From assembly GCA_002189035.1 (NCBI GenBank), contig NEEC01000004.1:4898001-4962000 (forward strand): a DNA stretch of 64,000 bases, read 5' to 3'. The notes beneath the pieces were generated by a model. The model was given only the letters and a program-made list of their open reading frames with translations. It had not been told where the DNA came from and did no database searches. Made by a program: the position numbers and the translations under genes. This document shows positions 39,427 to 52,344 of the stretch, in pieces. Source of the stretch: Utricularia gibba (Eukaryota; Plantae; Magnoliophyta). Each line of letters opens with the position of its first letter. The first letter of the stretch is position 1.

Positions 39427-41545
39427 TCAAAACAATTGGTCCGGCGGAGCACAGATTCTCACACCGGTTGCTCTCCCGGCATCCACCGCCTGTTGATTCC
39501 AATCGGAACCAAAGGCGAGGAAGGCAAGCAGAAGCGTTTGAACTCCAGACCCAGCAACCAACCCCGCCCACACACCTTTCCCTTTGAAATGCAGCACAAA
39601 TCCGAGCAGCACCGCAGCAGGGAGACCAACAACGTAGTAAGCTCCAAGGTTCGCCCATGCGCCCAGGTGCTGCCTCCCCAGACCTCTAGTTGCTCCTGAT
39701 CGTTCCACGTGGAAAACAGAAGGTATGCGCAATGCCATCAGATTTCATAAAAAAGTTTCACTTGGGGTTACCTGATGACACGGCCTGTAGGCCATCCAGG
39801 AGGAGAGACAGGGAGACAAGAGGGGCCATCTCTTCAAAATAGTTGACTTCTTCCTCGTTGTTGATGAATGCATATCCGACGACATGCCGACAGCACAAAA
39901 TTACAGTCATTGCAAGAACTAGCTCCACGGTCGTCATGGCCATCACAACCCTGAGAGCTGTCCGAGCGTCCTTGGGTCTCCCAGCTCCAACCAAATTCGA
40001 AACGCAAGTGCTATGATTTGTTAGAACAGAAAAAGGTTAGCAAAGATCATGTCGGAAACTAAAGAAAAAGAAGAAGACACTAACCTCGCTGCAGCACCGA
40101 AAGAATACGGCACTGTGAAGTGCATTGAAGTGATCGTCAAGCTGCCCAGAAAAACAAACGACAATGGAGTTTAGATTTTCTGGAAACCCGACAAAACTGA
40201 GGGCTGGGTTGCGGGTTTCGGGCAGCCATTCTAATGATGTTGGAACAGAAAAAGAACAACATCCTTAAAGAAAAACTCGTTGTTAGATCCCATAAAGATG
40301 TGCGATGAGGATTACCAGACTGATAGCACGGTTGTCTCGAGCTCGGGATTAGGCAAAACCCCACCGAGCAAGATGGCTATCTCGAATGCCCACCACTCTA
40401 AGCTGCAACCACAGATTTCTAGTAAAACCACATAAAAATTGCTCATCTTGGCCTGTGACAACACTTTTTGTAAGGTAGATGGCGACTTGATCATACCAGA
40501 TCACGATTTTACAGTACAAAAGAATCACGTGAAAATAAAAATATGAGTTCAAAATTCAATTTTGCGTATTTAACTCTTCCTGTCTCCTGCGAAGAAACGG
40601 GGTTCCCTACCCACGAGCCGAGAACGTGCCATTTCACTTCTTGTAATCCATAATGTGTCACGGGTTGAAAAAAAAAAAAAAAAAAGCTTACCATACCATG
40701 AAAGCAGAAGGGATGGCAAACCGGAAGAATTCCCCACAGTCAAAAGCACTTCCTTTGTCAATGGAGGCTGAGTTTTCTTGCATGTTGCTGAACGCTTTAC
40801 ATAAATCACTAACATAATCGCATTCACTGAATACGACAAACCGACAGACAGCGCAGCTCCTGCGTTTCCCATCTTTAATTTGAAAATCAAACACCAGGCA
40901 ACAGGTTGATGAATACAAAGGGAAGCCAACGTGCTTAAAACCATAGGAGTGATTAAGCTCTGAATCTGCAAGTAACGAATCAGGACTTGAAGAATCGAGT
41001 AGGGAAACAGGGAAGGGATCAGCCATAATGCGAAGTTTCCAGCTTCTTTGGAGATCGAAGGGCTTTGCCCCATGAATAGCAAAAGCTTTTCTGTGTGAAA
41101 CCATAGAAGGCTCACTGGTAAACAGGCTAATAGAAGCCAGATAGTTGAGCCCATGGTAAAGATTCCGACTTTATCGAAGCGTTCGGCTCCATAAGCCTGC
41201 CCACAAACTGTTTCCAATGCGTTGGCAAGGCCTGACTGCAATAAATTCATGTTTGCGATCTGGGCAAGTGATAAAAATAGGAATGTGTGATATGGAATAA
41301 ATTCCAACAACAGTAGTTCTTACGATCAGGCTGAACCCGGTGACGTTGGCAAAAGATATAGAGACGGCGGCGCCGGAGAGGGCAAGGTGGCCGAGACGAC
41401 CTATCATCATCATCGACGTGGTTCGCAGCATTTGCTGCGAAAACAATACCAATGCCATCGGCATGGCTATTTTACACACTTCTCCGGCCATCGCCGCCCC
41501 CGAAGTATTCTTGATTCTTCTACCGAGAAGGGGCTCCTCCGCCAT
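39427..41545 (-). CDS. MATE efflux transporter (DTX1-15 type); one apparent 1-bp deletion; last exon unresolved
   Basis: [39 protein letters not shown] (frame break at 40732-40735), [50 protein letters not shown]. Confidence 0.88.
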
Positions 41546-42911
41546 CCTCTCCCCTCTCTGGTCCTTCAGTGGCTTCATTTGTTGCGGTGGTTATAAATAA
41601 GCCCTCAAAATTTGTGCTTGGAGTACAATGAATGCCCTGCTGTTGTTCCACAGCGGTCCCGACGTGCCGCCCCATAAACACGACAATTTAAGTACGTGTC
41701 GGCATGAATTATCGACCGGAAGATCACGTTATTCAGGAGTTTCCATATGAGCTGTGCACAGTTCTTGAATTTATCACCCACCCAGCAATGCCTTCGACTA
41801 CTGAGTCGAAGCAAGTAAATCCACATTCTGTCTAATCAGTTAACTTCTCCAAAACTCACTTCACATACCCTAAATCCTTAAATCAATACCAATTCTAAAT
41901 CGTCTGTGAAGACTCTCAGAAGGTCATCTCTAGAAGCTGATGTCTTGTTTTTTAATGGAGTTAACCTGATGAATCACTCCAACAATCCATAGAACCAACA
42001 GAGAACTCCCTACTATTTTTGAATCTCATATAAGGTTTCTGATGTGGGTTTTGGGTGTAAGGTTAGTAGAAGAAACATTGTTTTGCACGATATTATCATT
42101 TTTGAGTATCCAACTCTTATAATTTTACATTCTTTAATTTTGAAGAAAATACATCATATAAAATTAAAATTTATTTAAGTATACCTACAGTACATCTATA
42201 ACCAATGTAAAATATAATTACAAGATTATTAACCTTAAATTAAGTGATGGGATGGGAGGGTTGGGTTTCAGGTGGTGGCACTCCCCACTCCCTTTCCAAG
42301 CATTTCGATATACTTATGACCGTACAATGCGGAAAAGTGAAAATACAAGAATTCCACCAGGTCTGAAAAGATGGTTGAAGTTTTTGTTTCAAATATTCCG
42401 TTCTTACAATTCTATGTTTTTTCCATTATTATTAATGATTAAAATTTTTAATGATTGGTGTGACAAATAATATTGTTTGTCTCACAACAGTGCCAACATA
42501 AAAACAAGCTTCATAGAACAAGAGAAAAGGAGAGATGGAGATGGACAAATTGAAACAATTATCGTGTTTTTGTTCTCAAACTACATGCACAAAAATGTTG
42601 ATTAAAGACATGGGGCCCACCATGCGAATGGTGATTGGTGGAATGTCCCACGTGGATTATTCTACTTGTCCAAAATAATTCCAGCCGTGTAAGGGAACGT
42701 TGGCGGATAAAATAAATAAATAATGAAGCGGTAGGACCCATACAGGGTATTCGCCTCCCTCGATTCAGCGCAATTCGGAGTCAGAACTCTTGGGCCTGAA
42801 AAGCCCGTTTTAGGGCGGCCTAGTTCCCAAAATTGGGCCTTCGGAGTTCGATCACTGTTTCCAATGTATGAGGTGAAGGTCTGTGACGTTGCGGAAACGA
42901 TGAGCCCTAAG

Positions 42912-43749
42912 ATGGCTACGGTTATGGCTAATACCTTTTCGGGTGTGTGCTCTCCATCGAGTTTAGTTATCAAAGGTTCTTCTGGCTGCACTCAATTTCA
43001 GCGGTTTAAATGCGATAGTTTGGTGATTGGTGATGCGAATGGGAGGAGATTGTTGGTTCGGTGTTCAGGAAACCAGGCGCCGACGCTGCGGACTTGCAAG
43101 AATTGCAAAACACAGTTTGATCCTCTGCTGAATCATCCCCGTGCCTGCTCTTATCACACTGCTCATTTTGGGGGTATGTTTGCTTTCCAGCAGCCTGTGA
43201 GTGTGTGTGTGTGTGTGTGTGTTTTTTTTTTTTTCCTGCGATGCGATTGGACATCGCCATAATGTTTTCTTGAGCCATATATCTCTTATTAGTAGTTTCC
43301 GGACACGAATGTCACTTCACGAGTTACTAGAACTAGAAGTCTGTGTTTTGTCATTGCTTTGCAATTTTAGACTGCGACATTGTTTTTGTTTTGTTTGCGC
43401 TGTTGGTTTACTGGAAGTGTCGTTGGTTGTGGCTTCGACAGAGTGAGGCCTGAGGTTTTGAAGTGTAAGTTCAAAACTGGGCATAACACCGCCATTCTGT
43501 GATAGGCAGCTTGTTCCTTATCTATCTCGCCTTATGTCTCGAGTTAGTGATAAAGAAAGTTGAACTTATGATGTGGTTGTAACGTGTTGATCAGGAGAAA
43601 CCAAGAGAAAATTTGAGAGCGTATACAGCGGTGGCACCATGGACACCCCAGACAGTGGGCAGGTTTTCCAGTACTGGCATTGTTGTGGCTCTGAAGATCC
43701 TTTTGATCCTGGATGTACTGCTTCACCTCACTGTTCCTATGATGAATAA
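42912..43749 (+). CDS. Conserved uncharacterized small protein with transit-peptide-like N-terminus and Cys/His-rich putative Zn-binding domain
   Basis: Exon 1 42912-43173 (..RTCKNCKTQFDPLLNHPRACSYHTAHFG) and exon 2 43595-43749 (GETKRKFESVYSGGTMDTPDSG.VFQYWHCCGSEDPFDPGC..PHCSYDE*), joined by a phase-1 GT-AG intron. Confidence 0.85.
43201..43234. repeat. (GT)11 plus poly-T compound microsatellite, intronic
   Basis: Read directly. Confidence 0.9.
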
Positions 43750-44293
43750 CTGCGTTTGCCGCATCACTTATGTCCTTGTAATTATTTTATTTTTTGGGTA
43801 CTCTTTTCGAGCTTGTATAATCAGCGTTGCTCCTTTGGTTAAATCATTGCTCTATGATGCCCCTTTTCGTTCATTACCCATAGCTCAGCATTTGTCGCTG
43901 GAGCAACGGTTCCCTCTCTAATTTTGACTTTTGGGGAGGCGCCGAAGGAGTCAGAAATGGAGATTCGGACGATGGCGGGGCTGTTGGTGCTGCTGGTGAT
44001 CGGAATTGGGGTGATCATGGCTTCAGAGAAGATGGGTTTTCTGATTCACGCGGACGACATGTGTTAATTTGGTGATTCTGTTGCAGTACACGCCGCTGAA
44101 CAGATGGGTAATCTGTTCTGGCAGCATGCGGTCGCTCTTGGTCTGCTTGTACGTTGCCATGCTACTTAAGTGATTCTGCATTACCACCAATATAAAATAC
44201 ACTGCTCCATGTAAAGATTGAGCCTTTACCAGTTACAAGCAGGAAGAGAAATAGTAGCTGGTGGTTCAACCTTCACAGAGAAATAAAGGACGA

Positions 44294-45839
44294 TCAGAGG
44301 TCGTCGACAATGGCTGTACCGGTGAGCTTTCTCTGCAACACTTCAGAGCAAACCTGCGCCATCATTCGGTAGAAAGGTATGAGATCTTCCAGCTGTTCCA
44401 CCGGCATTTTTGATATTATGTTCCTAGCCAACTTCTCCCTTTCCCTCCTCGCTCGCAGCTTCTCCAAGTAGGAAGATGCATTCCTCACTGTGGCTCCCAT
44501 TTGCTGCAATCTAGTTTCCTGCTGCACGCTCAGAGCTGTGTTCGACTGCAAAGGTAAACACCCAAACTAAATATCGAATGCAGTGAAGTTCCCTCCTTTT
44601 TTCGTTGATAATGATATCTTACCTCCAGAAACTCTGCCCCGGCATTGAGTTCTGATTGCTTGGAGTTGGCATTGATGCCACGGTCTCCGTAGATGTTTCT
44701 TGCAAGAGAAAAGCTCTTGATGATCTCTCTTCTCTTCCTCTCCATTTCTCCGCTGAGCCTCGGAGAACTCGACTTGTTTGTGGAGCCATCGAGCTTCTTC
44801 TGGTAGGCAACCACAGCTTTGACAAACTCCTGCGCACCGAATTCAGCAACCAGGCGGATGATGAGTCTGCTAGAAGAGAAAAGCAAATTAGCCAACCGGG
44901 AAACACCCTACCTTGTACGCAGAAGGGCAGCCGGGATAATCGAATTGGATGGAATCCGACTTCCTCATCCTCTCGGGATGGAACTGCAGCCCCATGATGA
45001 ACTTCCCCTCCTCAGGATTATAAGCATCAGGATCATAAAACGCTTCAACCAGCCCATCAGGCGCAAAAGCCATAGGTACGAACCTCTGAGCCAATCTCTT
45101 AACACCTTGGTGATGATAACTGTTGACCATGATCTCCATCTTTCCAGGCTCCAAGGATTCGCCAAACCACCGGTGCAGGGGAGTGTTCTCAAGAATCCTC
45201 ACGGAATGACGATGCTCGTCGTAGTTGTCGTAATCGATGTGCGTCACCCGATGCCCCTCCTCCACGCTTTTGCTCAGCTCCGTGCCGATATCCTGATACA
45301 GAGTCCCCCCAGAAGCAACATTCAGAATCTGGGATCCCCTGCATATTCCCAGGTACGGAATGTTCCTCTCCAGGCAAAGCTTCGCAAGCCCCAACTCGAT
45401 TGCATCCTTTTCCTTGTCAATAGCCGTGTCACCCGCGTGCTGAATCCTGATCTCTTCCAATTCTTGCAGCGACAAGCCCAGATCGTCGGCTTCGTACAAC
45501 GAGGGATCGATATCTTCACCTTCACAGAGAAGAACGCCGTGGATCGGCTCGAAACTGTGCAGCAACATGTTCACCCCCGACACCCGCGGAACGATGACGG
45601 GAACCGCCCCATAATTCACGATGAGATCGAGATGATATTCCCCTGCAAAACCCAACACGACAACCCCCGTTACGGGTACAAAAACAACAGGAACAAGAAG
45701 AAAACGAGGGACGAATCAACAGCAGCAATGGGAAACATCGGGACATACCGACAAAATCCACGAACTTATTTTTACGAACACTTCGTCTGGAGACGATTAG
45801 AACACGAGGCAAGATCTCCGATAGATCGCCGGCGCCCAT
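44294..45839 (-). CDS. Class I glutamine amidotransferase / gamma-glutamyl-GABA hydrolase-like (peptidase C26, GAT1_2.1-like), 4 exons
   Basis: [22 protein letters not shown]|[27 protein letters not shown] (nucleophile Cys)..[15 protein letters not shown] (His-Glu), plus C-terminal [20 protein letters not shown]. Confidence 0.93.
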
Positions 45840-46386
45840 GAAGATGCAGATGAATAGGAAACAGAGTGCGTCGTCGTCGTCGTCGTTGTTGTGGTGGATC
45901 GAGGCGCCGCGTGCATGCATCTATAAATAGACAGCTGGAGGGGGGAATTATTCTGATTTTATTCTTTCTAAATAAAGGGGTCGGTCAACCCGAGACTAGG
46001 TGGCGGATCAGTGCCGATCTGAGGAGGAGTTTATCCAGAACTAGAAGCTTCTCCGATCACTGGAATACGTGTCCGTCGACGTGTCGCCCGTTTCAGTGGA
46101 TTATGAGATAAGATACACAAAATAATGCACATGCGGGAAATTAAAAATAATAAAATATGTTACCACAAAGAGTTATGCACCATGTTGTGGGTGAAATTGG
46201 TTTTTGAATTGAGGCCGATTTTTGTAACGATATCAGGAACAAGGTACCAATGCTACCCTCAAACTCGTCTGATTGATGTTCACATGTGATGTAAAGGAAG
46301 CTCCAGACCGAGGGATGGCCGAGACTAGTTCACAGGAAGCCATGAAGGGCGAAAGAGGGTGCGCAGGGGGGGGGGGGGGGGGGGGC

Positions 46387-47620
46387 TGTTGCATAGAGGA
46401 TGGCGCGCAGAATTGCACGCACGCGCGCGCGCGGGTCATCGGTCGCAACATGTGCGAAACACGGGACCAGCAGAGCAAATTAAGGCATGATCGGAACAAG
46501 ATATTACCAGGACTCAGTCAAGGGAAGTTACCGAATCAAAGGGAAATCAAATGTGGAAATTATGGTCAAGGGGAAAGGTTCCCCAATCCAAGGGACCAAA
46601 TCTGTGAGATATGGAAATATCCATACCAAGGGGAGGCTAACCTCTATATAAGGGGAAGGGTCGAAGCTCTCCTTCCTCCCCCACTCCCCACCTCAAAGGC
46701 GCAAGGCTGAAGGACTCAAGGCGACGAAAGGCTAGACGAACACCCATAAGAGTGGGAGGGCAGGGAGTGCTTCGATCCGATAAGGGGATTTCCATACGGC
46801 TTAGTGACTAACATGGGTGTTCAATGTGTCAAGGGCATAGGTTACGGTATTGAACGTATCAGGGGCACAAAACATGAGTCAAAGGTCATATGGGTCGATC
46901 CAATCAAGGGGAGGAAAGGGGAGATGGCCACCCCAACCCAAAGGCAACGCGCTCACGCGGGATTTACGCCACTCAAGGGGCCTACGGGCATACAGGGCTG
47001 AAAAGCCAATCAAGGGAGAACCTTCTGGTTCAATCAAGGGGCATCGACCATAGAGGATCAGGGGAGGGTCTTAGGACCACACTGAATGTTACACGAATCA
47101 CGGATTCCTTCTTTCCTTGTCATTGCGCATAGGAATTGTGTTATAATAGGCTAACCCCTTACTGGTCATGTAGGTATTGCTGGGGATGAGTCATTGAGAG
47201 GGATAGGAGGGGCGGATGGCGAGGGTGGAGCGGCCGACTAGTAGAGTCCTGGGCAAACAATGCGATTAGAGCGCAACCACCGATCTCTCTCAAATTTCTT
47301 GATGTTTTCGTGCACTCCTCCTTTACTTGGACTAGTTGATCATTATGAATAAAGGTCGGTTATTTCGCGTTATACTAAGCTCCCTCAGCCCAGGACCCCG
47401 CATGAGGAAGGACGAGGCCTTAAGGCATGCGTGGGCGAGGCGGTACCACGCGTGCGCAGGACGCGCAGCACGGGAAGCCTCTCCGACGGAGTGTGCTGCG
47501 CGATCATACCACCAGACGTGCGTGGTGATGGTCCTCCCGACTAGGGTGTTGTCGAGGATCGTTACAGATTTTAGGGTGATAGGAGTAATCGGGAATATCG
47601 CGCTTAGTTATGTTTTTCGT
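46387..47620. mobile_element. GC/purine-rich probable LTR-retrotransposon remnant, family and limits undefined
   Basis: Abrupt composition shift after a G20 tract, many (c/a)aagggg motifs and ctatataagggg at ~46643. Possible TG(46387)...CA(46861) with GGGGC flanks, but similar sequence continues beyond. No PBS found. Confidence 0.35.
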
Positions 47621-47624
47621 GATT

Positions 47625-47991
47625 TGTTCGATTTGATCGGTCAAAATAAGAGTAGACGAAGATGTTTACGTGAAAACCACCGAAGGACGGAAAAACCACA
47701 AAGGTATCGAAGCTCGTCGAAGAAGATTTCCATTAGATGGGGGTGGCAAAAACAAGACACAGGTTGGGAAGTTCGGGGTGCCAAAATCCCTTTCTCCTTA
47801 GGATTCATCTCAATTATAGGAGGGGCCGAATTGACAGCTCCCGAATTTTAGGGTTGGCGATTGCTTTTTGTGACTGCGTTCCGATTCTGATTTTCAGAGG
47901 ATCGACGTCTGCACTACCGCAATTCGACCGCTTTTAAGACTGTGCCTCTGACCTGCAACGTTCGGTCGGTTGGCACGATCTTATTAGAACA
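47625..47991 (-). mobile_element. Solo LTR (Copia-like), 367 bp
   Basis: Termini TGTTC...GAACA with flanks TGATT/TCATT (5-bp TSD, one mismatch). Contains tttacgtgaaaacc...ggaaaaaccac, a motif I associate with the reverse strand of Copia U5 regions. Confidence 0.65.
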
Positions 47992-49046
47992 TCATTTGAC
48001 AGTTTTTCAGAGTCGTTTAATTATATTCTATTTGTACCCCATCACACCCCAAAACAACTCGAATATATTTATAAAAAATAATAACATATTTTATGCACCA
48101 TAAATTTTCTAGATATTTTAAAAAATACGAATGGTGTAAAATGTTTACGGAAACTTCATAATTGGGCCCCATTGTCCTCCACACAATGCACACCTCATAA
48201 ATTATATATTAAAATAAACAAAATCAATAATTGTAATTTCTCGGTGTATTTTTAAAATAAAGTTTTAGAAATATTTTATTCCAAAAAAAGTAAAATTCAA
48301 GATTTTTGTTTTTAGGAATGTAATATCAAAGTCATAATGATAGTATTCTACATTAGTTAAATAGAGTAAGTTTCTAAATCTTGGATGATATCTTTTTTTT
48401 GAAATGAAGAATGTAAATCATAAGGATTGAGCATTCAAAGTAGTTAAATATCTCGAGAATGAGTCATAACATTTAATATTAGAGCACAATCTAAACTAAT
48501 GTCAATGATGGAATGAAGTGTCATTCAACGAGTATGCTAATTATCTAAAATGATGAGAATGTAAGAGTAGGGGTAGAAGTCTAGTGACTGTATACCATAT
48601 TTGTTACTAGGAAGTAGGAAATATATTTAGATAGAATTATAATTTATATGAAACTTTTTCTTCAAAAGTGGAAAACGTAAAATTATGAAGTTTGGTTAAT
48701 TGAAACGGATAATATCATATAACTCCATATTGCATCGTGACATTTGATAAATCAGTGAGTTATTGTTTATTATAATTGTTTCTAAAAAAACAATTAAGAT
48801 ATATTGTAATTAATTGCAATAAGGGCCCATTCTGTGCCTTGGTTTCAGGAGTCGGACAAGATAAATAGACCCCACATTTATATTTAATTTACGTTTCAGC
48901 CCCAGTAACTCACATGCATGCACACCTGGGACTGTTATTTACTTTCAGGATTCCTACGCATCCTGCTTCTGCTTCCCTGTCATTCAATGCCCCATCTCAT
49001 CTCTTGAACCCATTCTTCCCCTCAGATACCCTCACCGGAGACCGCC

Positions 49047-50603
49047 ATGGCGGCCAAATATGTCGTCCCCATCTTGTCTGTGATGCTCGTACTGGTAGCT
49101 GCGGCGGTGGCTCCGATGCGTCGGGGCTACCCCGGTGACATAGTCACGACATGGGAGTCTCTAACATTTGACATTCATCACATTCTATGCTCTTTTTTCT
49201 TGTTGGTGGTCGTCGCAGGAATCTGCAACTCGTCTAAACGACGTCCTGTTTATGTGGTGGACTACTCGTGCCACAAGCCGCCGTTCAGCTTCCGAGTTCC
49301 GCACTCTACTTTCATGGAGCACGCTCGTCTCATTCTCAAGGATAACCCAAGAGCGTGGACTTCCAGGCGATGATTTTAGAAAGATCTGGACTCGGAGAAC
49401 AGACGTGCTTACCGCCGTCGATCCATTACATCCCACCGAATCCGACGATGGAGAAGGCACGGGAGGAGGCCGAGATGGTCATCTTCTCCGCCGTGGATGG
49501 GCTGGTGAAGAAAACAGGGATTAAACCCCATGAAATCGATATCTTGATCGTTAATTGCAGCCTTTTCTCGCCTACACCTTCGTTATCCGCCATGATTACC
49601 GACAGGTACAACCTTAGGAGCAACATTAAAAGCTTTAATCTTTCCGGCATGGGCTGCAGCGCTGGCTTGATTTCTGTTGATTTAGCTAAGAACCTGCTCC
49701 AAACGCATCAGAATTCATGTGCATTAGTTGTGAGTACGGAGATCCTAACACCCAATAACTACTTAGGAACAGAGAGAGCCATGCTTTTACCTAATTGCCT
49801 CTTTCGTATCGGGTCAGCTGCTATTCTTCTTTCCAACAAGAATCACGACCGCCACCGAGCCAAATACCAGCTCCTCCACATCGTTCGAACCCACAAAGGT
49901 TAGGAACTCCAGAAAACATAAGCCCACTTTGGAAAAATCACACATAATGCGGCTAGGGTTGACTCATTTGGTTGTTTAGGGCTAGAAATCTAGACAAATG
50001 TCTGAATGTTTTCTTGCAACAGGTGCAGATGACAGAGCTTACAGTTGCGCTTATCAGCAGGAAGATTCGGAGGGTAAAGTGGGAATAAACCTGTCCAAGA
50101 ATTTGATGTTTATTGCAGGAGAAGGACTGAAATCCAACATCACTACCATTGGACCATTGGTCCTGCCCGCATCCGAGCAGCTGCTGTTTCTGCTATCACT
50201 CATAGGAAGAAGGGCCATCAACTCTAATTGGAAGCCGTACATCCCAGATTTCAAAAAAGCCATTGATCACTTCTGCATCCACGCCGGAGGCCGGGCGGTG
50301 ATCGACGAGCTCCAGAAGAGCCTCCATCTATCCGCGGAGGACGTGGAAGCATCGCGCATGACGCTTCACCGCTTCGGCAATACATCATCCTCCTCCCTGT
50401 GGTACGAGCTTGGCTACATTGAGGCAAAAGGGAGGATGAAGAAAGGTGACAAGGTATGGCAGATTGGCTTTGGGAGTGGATTCAAGTGCAACAGCGCCGT
50501 CTGGAGATGCAACCGCACGATCCAAGCGCCAATCGACGACAGCCCCTGGAAAGACTGCATCGACGAGTACCCAGTTTCGCTTCCTGAGTTAGTGAAGTTG
50601 TAA
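49047..50603 (+). CDS. KCS6-like: 3-ketoacyl-CoA synthase, KCS5/6 (CER6)-like, copy A; 2 exons; one apparent 1-bp deletion
   Basis: [13 protein letters not shown](K)SVDFQ frame break at 49346-49348. Catalytic motifs [22 protein letters not shown] and FGNTSSSS present; intron 49899-50022; ends PELVKL*. Confidence 0.93.
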
Positions 50604-51904
50604 GAAGCAGAAGATGGCGTTCATGGACAATTTCCTGATTTGCTGAGACACTTCCTGCTGCGTGTTGCGAAACTCATGTATTGGCTTCCTTTTCTGTTGC
50701 GCACAAGTTGCTAGGCCACTTCCCTTAGATGTCGATCAATCCATTTCTGCTGCTGCTGCAGCTCCATCTCCTTGCTTTACTGCTGTTCGATAGCATCAAA
50801 ATTTCCCCTGTCCCGTACAGACAAAGTCTGAAGAAATTGTACGCTGCCTTCATTACAAGCCGTCCATCCTCCATCACTACAAGTACGAGTTTTCAACGCC
50901 ACACTCCACTGTTCATATCTGAACAACACAATACAATATTGCATTATCAACAGGTATTAACGTATGTTTATATCGGTTGGGAGAGGTTGGAACTCGAGTG
51001 AATTATAAATCTAGCCACCCTCTCAGTACTGTGTGAGAAATCTGGATATCTTTAATATTCGTTTAACGTAGTATGTGTGAGATTTGTAAATAACTCGTTA
51101 GAACTCATCTCGTCCCTTAAATCTCTCAATGTCAACAGATTAAGTGCCTAGCAAAACGGAAGAAGGGCATCTAGCAAACATGCTGGGGACACGAAGATCA
51201 CAATGAAGATGAGTACAATTGATAGATTCTGCAACATGCAAAGAATGTAAAAAGTGCCAGAAATCACCTTATCATTATAATGCTATGATCGAATGCAATG
51301 ATATGAAGAACTTTCGGAATGATAGCAGATTAGCATATCGTATTCACATTAGAATCAATATGACAAATATATATGATCATAGTTTCTCACAAACAAAAAA
51401 CAAAGATCGGAATGAATGGACATTGAGCAATCATAAAACTTACATAAAAGTGGTCAAGTACATAACTAACCTAAATCATATTAAAAAATATTAAATATAA
51501 TCAATTATTTATTATTTGTAATTTTTTATATATTAAATTATATTATTTCCATTTTTTCGATATATTATTATGTATTCTAACAATTCTTACACCAAGAACA
51601 CATGATAAACATCACATTGTTGTTGTGATTGAAACTTTGCGTACACATTGATGGGTTTTCACCCACATAGTGAAAAGATTTGAATGACCAGATTTTCTTA
51701 TTTTTCGAATCACCTATCTTTGCATCGTTATCATTTTCAATCACTAATATCAGCCTCTAACATTCGGAGTTGGAGATCCCAAATGCTGGCTGTTTAGTTG
51801 GAGTAAAGAGATGAGAGTGAGGGATCGAAATCGCCAGCTCGAAACCTCGCTCTCCTTTCAATAAATATTACCACACTTGCAGTGTATTATACACTACATG
51901 GGGA

Positions 51905-52344
51905 CACAAACCAATTCATGCACTAATTCCTAAACCATCGAATTCGCATTCTCAGCATAACAAAAATCGGAAAACCAAAATGATAATCCGGAAAATCGAA
52001 TCATTTACAAATCTGATCATCCGAAAATTTCTATCTCACACATTAAGACATCAAAATTACGTTAAAGTTGGTCCATTTTATCACATGCATATTATCACAC
52101 CCAGCAAAATTTGCTCGACTGATTTCACCCTTTTCATCTCCACATGTTGTGTTCATGAGACCCTTTAAACTGAATCATTTACAAATTTGAGTCCCTTCGT
52201 TTTCACAAAAAAATTATATTAAAGTGGTCCAGTTTTTCACAGAAATAGGTGATTAAATTTATGAATCATCCCTTTAAACGTTGTGTCTCAGCGACATGTG
52301 CGCCCCTCTCCGTACCCAGAAAAAAAGACTGTTCGGGGGGTTAG
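51905..52344 (+). repeat. 440-bp direct repeat, left copy
   Basis: Matches 59116-59555 at a constant offset of 7211 with 4 substitutions and no indels (manual comparison). Confidence 0.95.

Noticed and set aside
30759-41545. STOP1-MATE aluminium-tolerance module
   Set aside because: The MATE is DTX1-15 type, not the citrate-exporting FRD3/AtMATE clade that STOP1 is known to regulate.
44819-45841. 340-aa plus-strand ORF
   Set aside because: Antisense shadow of the GC-rich GAT coding exons; no independent homology recognised.
1812-50603. Calling ZHD, STOP1-like, RLCK, MATE, KCS-A and F-box copy 5 pseudogenes
   Set aside because: Their lesions are one-base deficits in G/C runs with no other decay, so assembly error is more likely.
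50729-51001. 90-aa ORF with Leu-rich N-terminus after KCS-A
   Set aside because: The hydrophobic stretch derives from ctg repeats; no family motif or supporting gene structure.
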